Assembly: GCA_903813345.2 (NCBI GenBank)
Contig: CAIIXF020000001.1
Coordinates: 17,546,001-17,610,000, forward strand
Length of the DNA: 64,000 nt
From: Owenia fusiformis
Taxonomy: Eukaryota
Reading direction: 5' to 3'
Notes under the pieces: model-generated
The model's input: the letters and a program-made list of their open reading frames with translations, nothing else
What the model was told of the DNA's origin: nothing
Database searches by the model: none
Shown here: positions 39,301-51,100 of the stretch, piece by piece
Position numbering within the stretch: position 1 is the stretch's first letter
Layout: the number at the start of each line of letters is the position of its first letter
Program-made: the position numbers and the translations under genes

Positions 39301-42300
39301 GTAATGCCCGAACACGAAAAGGCACACTAATTGAAGCCCTACAAAATTTTTGTGACAAAATTTTACTTGGCACATCTGAGGATTCCCCCAAGATTCGCCA
39401 GTTTTAGGTATGTTAGTCTGAGGTTCCGTACATACTACTCAGACTTGGAAAACAATAGTAAATGTTCTGTTCACATTATTCGTAATGGGAAACCAGAAAC
39501 AGACAAGTCGTAATTACTACCAGAAACTTAAAATCGAAACATGTTTTCAAACGGTGCCACGACCAGTGCACCTAGCCACCCACAATTTTTTTTTGTATTT
39601 GTATAAGGCGTACAAGACCTTCTGTTTAAATTAACCATGGAATAGCACCTGTGGAATAATAATATGGCGTTTCGCCAAATGTGGTCGCAAGTGTTGATTT
39701 TCAGATTAATTTTCAGATTAATTTCCCGCCCGAAAATTACAATATGAAAGTAAGGAATTTTAGAAATGTCATTTTTATTGGAAACACGTTTAGTACGTTT
39801 TTATTCCAATTGGCAATAAAATATTTTTGAGACACATGCCACTCAGTTAGTATGCCATGTCTCAACTTTGTTTTGGTAAATGTCTCATGTTTCTTATTCC
39901 AGATCTTCTCGTAGTTTGATTCTGTATTCTATGTATATAAAGGCATAAATCATTTGACAGTCCAACGTACATCGACCAGAAAGAAAGATGAGCAACTCCC
40001 CGGGCACTTACAATATGTTTCTTTAACATGTAACACTCGTATTTGGTCTTATTTCATGTATTTAAGTATGAGATAGCAGTGAACACAATATGCCATCTTT
40101 TTATCCGTTGCTTCTAACATTCCATGATGAACCCTGAATTTAAACTGTCGAGTTATTTGGATATATTTGAACCACCCTCTTTTAGTCGAGAATGTATGAA
40201 ATGCCTGGTGGATCAAGATAAACAAACCAGCAAGTTTCAGAAAATGAACTTCAGGATTTTGAGGTATTTCTTCATCAGGTTAAAATTAGGTAATTTGAGA
40301 TACTCAGGAGTGGTATTCAGTCCTTCTATAAATCTTATGTGTCAATTTTTAACGCAATATTATGTGTGTTTATTTGGAGAATTCCAAATTGGGATTCTAT
40401 GAGAAATAGCATGTGTTGCCCTACTTATTACATGAGCATGCGTCTTTAAGTCACCACCACAAGTGGTGTTAACATAAACATTGATTGCTTCAATGGAAAA
40501 AATAGATTATTCTGACACGAATTACAAACAAATATTGAGATCAAGGTATTGTTTAACAACTGCGCATTCTCAAAACAGAAGTGGTGACATATTGTTAGTC
40601 TCTTTTTATGTGAATGGTGTTTGTCGGTCCGACGGTTCGTGTTCGGTCGTCGGCATCTGTACAAATTCTTACAACTTCCAATAAATTAACAGGTCTATGT
40701 AATGTTGATAATGCCCTTCCATGGGGAATCACAAGACCCATGGTCCTCAAATGTTCACGTTATTGAGTCGTTGAGAGGTCTGGTTACGTTCTTGCTGAGT
40801 ATGCCGTGGTTTCATGTTAATTTGTTCCGTCCCCCCATACACGCCGAGAAAACCCTTTAGCTGTGTCAGGCTTTTGTTTCTGTATTTAGTTCATATACAG
40901 ATTTGTATGCTGCTTCTGATGATTACAAGAACTTTATTTGTTTGCTGACTGACTGTTATGCATTATGATATGAATTGTGTACTTGCTCCTAGACACAACA
41001 TATCGGTTTGGCCTTGTAGAAGGATTCGCTAGGAACATCTGAACTGACAGAGATCTAGTGAGACCGTGAAGGAGCATATAAAAAACAAACATCTTGATGA
41101 ACCATGTCATCTCAGTTCTTCCCAGGCTTGAGATGCCATGACATACATGAAATGAGCTACAGTTGGCGATCTTAGAGCATCATTGGCTAAAGATTACATC
41201 CATGAGCTGCTATGAAAGCAGTGAAGGACCAACCTTAATTGAAGGATGATCTGAGAACCCTGATTTTAAGATTTTTTGGATCTCCCATCTCAGTTTATAC
41301 TACATTGGATTAGGGTCATAAAACTTTTGAGATTGTATCAGCTGGGTTTATATCTAATGATAGTGACAACATAATACAATACATTCTAATGTAGAGACAT
41401 TACTAGCCATGAATATATGATATTCACACATAGCTAGTCAAGGGCATGTGTGTCCAATTCCAGCCAATCAGAACAAGCTATTTCTCGTAACTGCATTCCT
41501 AGAAATTCAGAAAAAATCCAGGGGGTTTCACTTTGACAAATTAAACTTGTTCCAAAATCACTGAAAAATGCTAAAAATTGTGGAAACTACATGATTTTGA
41601 AAGAATTTTTGGCTAGAGGGAGAGGCACCCGAACCTTTCTCACTTATCGACAGGTGACTTTTCCCGTCAGATTCACTAGGATCAAACATCTTATTTCAAT
41701 CAGAGCATTCTGAGTGAAACAAAATTATGTGTTGAGTTTCAGAATGAGAAACAGTGAAAATGTCCGACAAGACACTGACTAGACTTTCAGTGTGCATTCG
41801 TTATTCAAACTGACGGTCCCGTCAGATGAAATAATGATTACCCAATTAGTATTTGAATAGCTTTTATTGCCCTCTGCTGAGAAGTCTGATAGCCACAATC
41901 TACAGAGTGAGGGTCGACTTTTGACTCAACTATCAATCTTATATGTTTACCTAATCTTCAAATGACCATCATTCATAATATCAATAGGCTATTCTGGACC
42001 TTATTGCTTTAATAGCTTTATTGCATGATAACCATCTCAAACTAACACCAAATGACAGCATGTGCGCTGGAAACCTCATAAAACAGATTGTATGACATTA
42101 AATCACCGATAGGTGGAATATTTTCAAGCGAATACACACTCAGTTGACCCCTAAAAGCTGGTACATTGAGGAAATCAACCAAATGACCCTTATGAACTCC
42201 GTTAATGGGCAAATTAGCACTTTAGCAGATTCACATTTGTTACGCTAACGGAGAGACGTGTAATTTAGATCCTCATTATGGTTCGGAATGTCACATTTAT

Positions 42301-43979
42301 CAATTTTTGATGACAGTGATAGCGATAATTTAGACTTTTGACTCTTTTACGATATTTACAAAACATGGTCAATCTCTGCTGCGTCCTCTGGAATAAATGA
42401 AAAAATGTAAAAGACACCCTGCACCAAGCTCCATATTAATTAAAATAAACTGGAACTTGCTTGCCTCCATGAAAAGAATAGTTGTAGATTATTCTGACGC
42501 GACTTACAAACAATTGGTAGCGAAATAGGAACAACTGCGCATTCTCAAAACATATTCAACAAACATATTTGAAAAAAGCTTGCCATGTGTTAACGTACAT
42601 GGAACGATTAGTTCCAATGATAAATGATAACTCAACATACATTTCCCCAAAACTGTTGTGTTTATTCAATGGCCTAGAAACTTGTTTACACTGTACGTAC
42701 GTTACGGCTTTGGAACGTCTATTAACCAATCCCTCTCTTGTTGTTTATCATGTATAGTCTAGTATTAGTCCTAGAAAGAGACCCAGAAAGACATTAAATT
42801 TTCTGATTTCTTCTCTGGCTAAAATTAATGAGGTTGTCACCTAATCTTAAACAATTGATGTTTAATTGCTTTGATTTTGAAATTCAAGCCTACTGAGAAG
42901 TGAGAAGTGTGTGTAGAAGCTTTCAATCTCTAAGCATGATTCTCAACCCCAGGTTCTCAACTCTAAATTTCCATTCTAACCATCTTATAAGAAGTTGAGG
43001 ATTTTTAATCTGAGATTTGATGACATAGTGCTTAGAATCATTGGGTATTATTATCATTATCTGAAATGAGTTCAAATAAAGAAAATCTGGGAGCTTGTTC
43101 TAATAGGGATGGGGGGGGGGGGGGGGGTTCTTGCAAGATACTTCAAACGCGCCGATTATACAGTTTGGGCCAAAACATATTTATATTGAGGCTATCAGCA
43201 TTGTGTCGCTTATCTTCAGCATCTGGTTAATTTATTGATGTTACGTGTTTTATAACATTTTGTCATTACATTCTCACCATTATACCACAAAGTCCCCTAA
43301 GCTTTTGTTAATTCAAGATATGTTTTCAATATTTCGGAAATGTTGATATGAAATAAGATGACTGCTTTCAAAACTGAGTGACATTACAAGTCGCAACACA
43401 ACCCCTTTGTTCACTAGCAAAATGCATCCCTATTGTGCATTGTTATCACTGGTCAGTATCACTGAAAAGTGAAGACGGTCGTTGCCTGGAATTTGAGAAT
43501 CAACATCAACCAATGCATGTGCATCATACGTTTCGTTTTTTGAACGTTGAATTATATATCCAGTGGTATATATCAATACAAGAATGTAGGCCTATCATAT
43601 AGATTGGTTTAAGGGAGTCGTTCTCAAGTCGAATTTTTGTTTTGAATTTGAAGACCTAATTTTGCCAAAAATAAAACATGTTTCCTGGTTATGCTGACCC
43701 ATTCTTCTCGACTCACTCACTCATCTTCCCATTAAAATGCCACTCGTCGGCTTCGTCTGGATTAATAAATAAAGAAATGTTTTTGTAAACTTTCGATCTA
43801 GTTTTATCCGGGCATCATAGTTATTCCACTGTCTGGTTCCCCCCACGTCCGACACAAATCTCCGTCGAGTTATCTGAGCTATCTTGACAGAATAATTCAA
43901 TGTTTAATTAATTTAAAAAATCTAATTACTTACCGCATACAAGGCCGATCAAAAGGAGAAGGAGGGCGCAGATATTCAT
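36363..43979 (-). CDS. Secreted/GPI-anchored ionotropic-glutamate-receptor ligand-binding-domain-only protein with His-rich flanks, 4 exons, about 355 aa
   Basis: Exon 43979-43934 encodes signal peptide MNICALLLLLIGLVC. Exon 39177-39062 encodes a His/Asp tract plus FRITT. Exon 38556-38377 encodes PF...GYVIDLIKEL...DGKYG...WNGLIGQLV. Exon 37088-36363 encodes ADIAIADLTVTPMR...FSDPFM...LIKKP-SNGEID-IKTFADL...YAFIVES...PCDL...YALAFPKNS...WFHKTC, a His tract and a hydrophobic tail. All introns are GT-AG with matching phases. Confidence 0.88.
37110..37881. repeat. Tandem duplication of about 385 bp at the 3' end of intron 3 of the LBD gene
   Basis: Units 37110-37493 and 37494-37881 both start atatttagttagtagatcactgg. 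The second unit overlaps a TTAA|AGGCC...GGCCT|TTAA element (about 37700-38163). Confidence 0.9.
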
Positions 43980-44520
43980 CTCTTAGTTCTTCCAATACGT
44001 TCCACGTGCCCTTTTAAAGTACCTTATCCAAACAGCGTGCAAAGAGTAAGCGTGTACAACTGGAGTTGAAAAATCTGCATCCAATTTCTTCAAGCCCTTC
44101 AACAGAGGTAATGAAACACTAACCAAGAGCCTCTTCGGCGAGGAATCAGATTTGAATTCGTCATGCGTTTGGTACATCAGCGGGTCACGTGGTTGCTTAG
44201 TTTGGATTGTTTACTATGGAGCACCACATTTGTTTCATATCATATTACAGTACGAATCCCAACCGTCATTTTTCGAACTACTGGCAGACCCCCGATATAC
44301 AGTCCTACACTATATGCCCTATATGCGAATGCACAGGCTAACATGGGAGAAGGTGGGATGTCCCCTCCTTTTTTGGTTGTTTTTGTGAATGATTCTAATG
44401 TTGGACTTTTATATGGGGCTAATCTTCGGCCGCTCTCTGAAAAACATTGATAATGTATAGATTAAAAAATAAAAATTGGAAATAGGAGCTTCTAAGAAGA
44501 AGCTTCAATAAAAACATAAT

Positions 44521-45803
44521 TACAGGGTGGTCAAAAAACGGCAACTCCAGTATTCCTAATATCTTTGTCATTCTAAGAAATAACTCCCTGATATTTTACA
44601 CATTTGTACATCATTCAATTTCCTACCAACCTACCATATTTCATATGACCAACGGACTGGTTGTCACAATATTACTGCATTTTAAGCAACACGCCCCAGA
44701 TGGCCACTTTCGGGCTGTCTGAGATGGTTGTAATGCAAATGAACTCCATTTCTAACTTGATGCACTGGTAAACTCTAACAATTATGTATTCTTGGGGAGC
44801 CAAGCACTTTATGAAGTAGTGGAGAGGCACCTTCACATAGACAGATGCACAGATTAGTGTGTTCTCAGAAGATAGGGTCCTTTACCTTTGATGATGCCAA
44901 CGGATATGCAATAACTGTCAACATCAAACTCTATTTTGTGATTCCCATTGAGTTCTTGGGGACTCACGGTGAGTCCAGGGGGGTTGAAAGGCAGCAGCAA
45001 TGGTTCCAACAAGACAGAACCATACCCCATACACCCAATGATGCACAATAATGGCTTTGGGACCACTTCGATGACCACATTATCAGCAGTACAACAGACA
45101 ATGAATGGGCATCCCATAGCCCAGATATTAATGCATTTAATCTTTACCAGTGGGGAAACCTCAAAGATCACTCTTATAAATTATTACTTGGATTTCCTTA
45201 TATTGAGAAATTGTACTACTCATTTTAAGTCAAAAATTACTTAAATAATCTTGAACTACTGAATAATTTTTAAGTAATTTTTAAGTAATTCATTTATGGT
45301 GAATTTACTAATGCAAGGAGAGAAATTGAAATACTTACTGTAGTAATTGTAATACTCAAAATATAACAATATGACAATATAAGTTAAACCTAAGTAAAAT
45401 GAAGTAAAACTAAGTATTTAACTTTAAGTAATTTTTATACTTGGGAAATACTTGGGAAATACTCAAGTAATTCATTTTTAAGAGTGATAGAGTGTAGGGT
45501 AATAACACTAGAAAAACATTTGACCTCAAAATAAAGATCACATGTGTTGTTCAGGCCATACTTGCTGAGGAATGCAGTTATGTCATTGACAGGTTTGGAA
45601 AACATGTGCAGGTTTGCCTATAGCACGAAATTGGAAAACTGGGGCACCTTGTTTAAAGTGCTGTAACATTGCAACTATCAGTCCAATGTTCATGAAATAA
45701 AACAGTCTAGTATGAAATTGAATGATGTACATGTGTGCCAAATTTCTAGAAATGACAAAGATATGAGGAAAAATTAGGGTTGCCGTTTTTTTACCACCCT
45801 GTA
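44521..45803 (+). mobile_element. Decayed Tc1/mariner transposon with transposase remnant
   Basis: TA|CAGGGTGGT.AAAAAACGGCAAC TIRs; remnants WFQQD..PH and W..HSPD.N...WGNLKD-RV of a DDE/D domain, broken by frameshifts and stops. Confidence 0.85.
45169..45486. mobile_element. CAC-terminated (EnSpm/CACTA-like) MITE nested in the Tc1 transposase remnant
   Basis: AT|CACTCTTA...TAAGAGTG|AT. Removing it rejoins the LKD-RV reading. Confidence 0.7.
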
Positions 45804-46245
45804 CATAAGGAAGACACAAAAATCAACATTACAAAATGGACGACGTTGAACTGAAACTTTGAAAACCTAATGACCAAAAACTAATTCATGCGATCACAAA
45901 TCAAAATATCTTAATAGCCGATTCTGATTTGTTCATTAAAAGTCAACATTTGACCGCTGTTGTACGGTTGACCGCTATTAACGTCAATAGGCATTGCTTT
46001 GGGATCCCCTTAAAGGCTCTTAAATTTTGCCTCAACTAGTGGGCCTTTTTGGGCATTATTTTAATTTTTGACTAAATGTGCCTTAAATTAAAAAATTTGG
46101 GCCCAATTTTTGGTTTCAGGAAGGAATAAGGAATGATTCTTTACAGATACGAAATTTGCCACCCACTCCCCTTAGCTTCCAGATCCTAACATATCAGCTG
46201 ATCTAGAAATTCGGGCTCAGGATCAACAGTCTCAGCATACACTTT

Positions 46246-46815
46246 TAACCAAAGCTACCATACTGATGATAAATAAAGCTACCATTCTGATGATAACTAA
46301 AGCTATCATACTGATGATGACCAAAGCTACTGATGATTACCAAAACGACTATTCTGATGATAACCAAAGCTACTATACTGATGATATTCAAAACTATATA
46401 ATGATGATAACCAAAGGTACCATACTGATGATGACCAAAGCTACTGATGATTACCAAAACGACTATTCTGATGATAACCAAAGCTACTATACTGATGATA
46501 TTCAAAACTATATATTGATGATAACCAAAGCTACCATACTGATGATAACCAAAGCTACTATACTGATGATATTCAAAACTATATACTGATGATAACCAAA
46601 GCTACCATACTGATGATAACCAAAGCTACCATTCTGATGATAACCAAAGCTACCATTCTGATGATAACCAAAGCTACTATACTGATGATATTCAAAACTA
46701 TATACTGATGATAACTGATGATAACCAAAGCTACAATTCTGATGATAACCAAAGCTATCATACCAATGATAACCAAAGCTACCATTCTAAGACTACTATA
46801 ATACTGATTACCAAA
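46246..46815. repeat. Minisatellite of about 21 bp (actgatgataaccaaagctacc-like)
   Basis: Periodicity is directly visible and explains the low-complexity ORFs at 46245-46785. Confidence 0.92.
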
Positions 46816-46853
46816 TCCAACACATAGTCACTGTTCCACAGCTGGATGACTAT

Positions 46854-47314
46854 AACTGCAGTTACAGCCTCATTCAAAATGGTTGCCGAAATTTTTTCGG
46901 TTTCGATCCTCCGATTTCAGCTAAACTTGTTGCCAAAGTTGAATCTGGATTCCAAATGTTTACCCTAAAGCTGCGATGGTAAATAACCACACATAGATGC
47001 TCAAACAACCGAGATATAGGAGTATTTTAAAGAAAATTGCTTCACTTAAAACTCTAACTGACGTTATTGATGACGTAATGATGACGTAGATCATCAACTT
47101 CTATTAGAGTCATTCTAAGTGAAGCTATTTTCTTTAAATTCTCTAATATTGCGGGTGTTTGGGCATTCATTTTTTGGTTGAATACAATCGTAGTTTCACT
47201 AATTTGCATGGTGAAAGTTTTGAAATCAAGATTCAACTTAGTTTAGCTGAAATCGGAGGTTTATCGAAAACGAAAGAATTTCAGCAACCATCTTGAATGA
47301 AGCTAACTGCAGTT
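46854..47314. mobile_element. MITE with imperfect TIRs of about 75 bp
   Basis: cattcaaaatggttgccgaaatt...cctccgatttcagctaaact versus agtttagctgaaatcggagg...aatttcagcaaccatcttgaatg. Confidence 0.7.
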
Positions 47315-48115
47315 TGAGGGCCAGCTGTGGAGTGATAGTAAAGTAACCAAAGCTACCATATTTCTGTCATACTGCGATCACGGAAAATATTTATATAAGA
47401 GCAAAACCACCATTCTGTTGACAAAGCGACTGATTTCACTGATTATGACTTCGATCTGAAGATGTATCAAGAAGGCTATCAAAGATTTCACAGCAGTGAA
47501 CACAACAATCATTATGCGACAGATTTATAGAAAGAGAGAGAAAGAACAGAGTTACAGTAACTCCACTAGTGTGTTGACATTTTCTTTTTAAGCGCTCTGC
47601 AAATACTCTTTTAATTGTCAAAAAGCGTGTTTGGTAAACAATAATGAAGAAATCGACAATAGTGTATGATTGTGCTAGATTTTTCTTCTATCAACAATAA
47701 TAGCGATATTGGATGCCAAATTCAATATAAGGTATTGAATCAGTTTTAGGACTGCAAAATTAAGCAACAGTACCATTTAGAATAGTAAAGTGTACATAGG
47801 AACAAAGCTAAATATTTGTTAAGACTATGGGAATGCTACAAGACATAGGGACGAACATGGCTTAACCAAATATGTACCTGGGCAAGGTATTCAGATTTGT
47901 AAATAGAGATGGATTCAAATTCAGCCATTGATCTAATCTAATTTTTGTAGAAGGTGCTGTGAACAAGAACCACCCAGGTCATCATGAACAAACAGACAAT
48001 GAGTTGGCACAAACAGTAAATTGGCTGAAGTTTGTCCAGCAAAGGCGAGTGATCAGACATAACATGAAAAAACATGGATACATAATTAAATAGTACGGTT
48101 GTCATCGTGTCATAA

Positions 48116-51100
48116 ATGATGCATACAGCACGCGCAGATACAGAAGAAGATATCCCAAAAGGGAAAAAGACTCCAATGAGTTACTACTATTTGTTAGGAA
48201 ATGATTATCAAAATTGTAGTGATCACGAAGTTCGTCCCATGGGTCTTATGAGGGGACTCGCAGAGAATACGTCTGCCCATGGAATTACAGAGATCTATTA
48301 CTCCAAAGGTATGTATTCAAAAAAACGATTATCCATACCTATTGGATTTTGTCATCATTTATTTATTGAATGGCAGCAGATCACAACCTCCGGGATCAAC
48401 CCAAATATTGTGTACATCTCAAATTCATTCTAGTGATGATTGTTCAACCCTCCGCCCCTAGTCCATTTCCATCAAACTCGAATACAATTTTCTGAGTAAT
48501 GTATCTCACATTTTAGGATTTTTCAAGATAACGTGTTGGGTGTTATTGACACTAGCAGCAATAGCAGTGATGATTCTTCACATGACAACCCTGTTCATAG
48601 ACTTCTATAGCTATGAGACAACCATGAGCATCTCTGTTCAGAACAAGCGTAGTCTCCCTTTTCCCGCCGTCACCATTTGTAATGTTAACCCCATCAGGGC
48701 CTCAAGACTCAGCCAGAGCACTATACTTCAGAGTACTATTGATGGGAGGGACAACATAACAGGAGCTACACGTAAGATATTCTCCTTCGTCTTAATTTCC
48801 TGGTGCATTCCGATCTATTTTCATATTCTTATTCTAAGTTTTATTGGTTAACCATGATTGAACGCAGGAATATTGTTTGTTTTTTTTCTCTCATGGTCCT
48901 ACATTGGCTGAAATTATGTTAAAATTGTTGTTGAGCATGGGTGTCTATATAATCGTCAATAAACGTCCATATTGCAGGCGATGACAAACAGACTGGGCTG
49001 GGAGCCATGTCCAATGAATTCTTAATTGAAGAACTAATAGAAGAAACAATCGCAGATATTGACACCGACACCAAAATTGCAATGGGCCACCAGTATAGTG
49101 ACTTTATTCTTGACTGCCAATATGATGGATACTATTGTGACGAAGGGTATGTGACATCATACGAAATAAGACTCGAACAGGAAAAAATCATGTTTGTCGG
49201 CCGTCTCTGGATAATTGTGGCCTCAGCATTGCTGCCAAGCATTTGAGCCAGGCCACAGGAAAAGGGGTCTTATCAAAGATTTTTCAATATTTTGTTTATC
49301 TTAAAAAGCACAAAAAGACCTTTCAAATGAGCCATGACTTATGTCTTAACGATTTTTCCTTGCATATACATGTATATATATCTACCAAAAAGTCTTATTT
49401 TAATTTAGCACATTTTCCTCTTAATCTTGGGCACATTTTTGGCTCTGTAGCACAATTTTAATTTTTGTGATAAGACCGGTTTTCCTATGGCCAGGCTCAC
49501 TTTTTTAGTCCACTTCTACTTTCTATCGTCCACTCTTTGAAAGGTAAATCCTAATAAAATGGTCATTCCGACGAGAGTGATATTATTGGTTCATTAGTTC
49601 ACATCAAGAGAAATCATGGCATTCTAATAGCTTCTCTCTAGAAGATATTATAATTTCTTATTTCAAGTCGAAGGCAGAACGATGTGATGAGTATTAGACC
49701 GATTGGTTCATAGTCTTGGGTAAATTTACTATTGATCAACATTATTCGAGGTTTAGACTAGACTTTGTTAAAGCCCTCTCCCGATGAAGGTTCACGCCAT
49801 GCATAGCCATAAGCTGAGGCCCGGGTGTACTGTCATTTATAAAAATATCGGTCTTATTTTTATTCATTAAGCTTATAAAACATCAGTCTTATTCTTATAC
49901 ATGTAAGCAATCTAAGTAAAAGTATAATATACGTACATGTATACACCACGCATTAACAACTCAGTACACTAGCGGACTTTTTAAACATTTTTAACGTATT
50001 CCTGGGCCTCAGGCCATACGCATGATATATTTGTTCGATTCAAATTGTTGGCCCTAACACCCCAGTCACATTTCCTACGACGACCGTGCGGTCTATCATT
50101 TCTGCGGTCAGTAGCATTTCGTACGCTCGCCGTAGAATTTCTGCGGTCAGATACTTTTGCAGTCACATTTCCTACGGCAGCCACACGGCGAGTTTTTGAA
50201 TTTCTGTTGATTGACGTTAATTCTTCTTTTTATTTTACCTACATCAGTACAATTTATAAATATTGCTTGTAGTGTTAGGATATAGTATCGAATAAAAGTG
50301 CAAGTGAAATATAAGTTGCTGTGGTATCAGTGACTTTACATCAAACAGTATACGTATTGTGTTGTGTTAACAGCAAATATATGACCGAAACTGATATAAA
50401 AACTGTTTCCTGAAAGGTACATTGCCCATCAAACCCTACAGTCGACGAAAGTCAACGGCAAAACCGACGTGCGGCCATCGTTGGACCTTTCTGCGGTCTG
50501 ACAACGGCCTTTTGATTTCTACGGGGACCGCAAAAATGAACAAATATCATAATTCCGAGTTATAATTTCTACGGCTACATTGCGGCCTGTAAAATCTGGA
50601 TACGCCGTACGGAGCCCGCAAGGCGAGCGTAGTTTCTCTACGCTCGCCGCAGAAATTCACTGATTTAATTGATCTGCGGTCGACGCACGGCCTCCGTACG
50701 ACAAATGTGACTGGGGTGTTACTGTTCAGTGGTGCGATTTTCAGAGAGAATGGGTTCAGTCGGGTTTGTGGCCATTACTTACGTGAAATTGAATTTTTGA
50801 TTTTCTTTTCAGAGAATTTCTTGCGTTTTATAATTACAAGTATGGAAACTGCTTCACATTCAACTCTGGTTCTAACAGCGACGTATTTCTATCTGGACGC
50901 GCAGGCCCATTGCATGGTAAGTGGCTAACGTTCAATATGTACGTTATTTTCCATCAATTGGTTTGTTATTCAACAGTCCCTGCTTTTTTCAACTTAGGGT
51001 ACATCTGAATTCTTGAGACCATTTGTTTAATAGGTAAACACAACTACATATTCATAACGTGTCTCTTTGAGTGCTACATGTGTATCTAATCTCCTTGAGT

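Noticed and set aside
40497-42552. Degenerate direct repeat of about 70 bp (tagattattctgac...aacaactgcgcattctcaaaaca) in LBD intron 1
   Set aside because: Too short and diverged to call LTRs or a regulatory element, and no coding remnants were recognised between the copies.
46245-46815. Hydrophobic or low-complexity ORFs on both strands
   Set aside because: Translation artefacts of the minisatellite.
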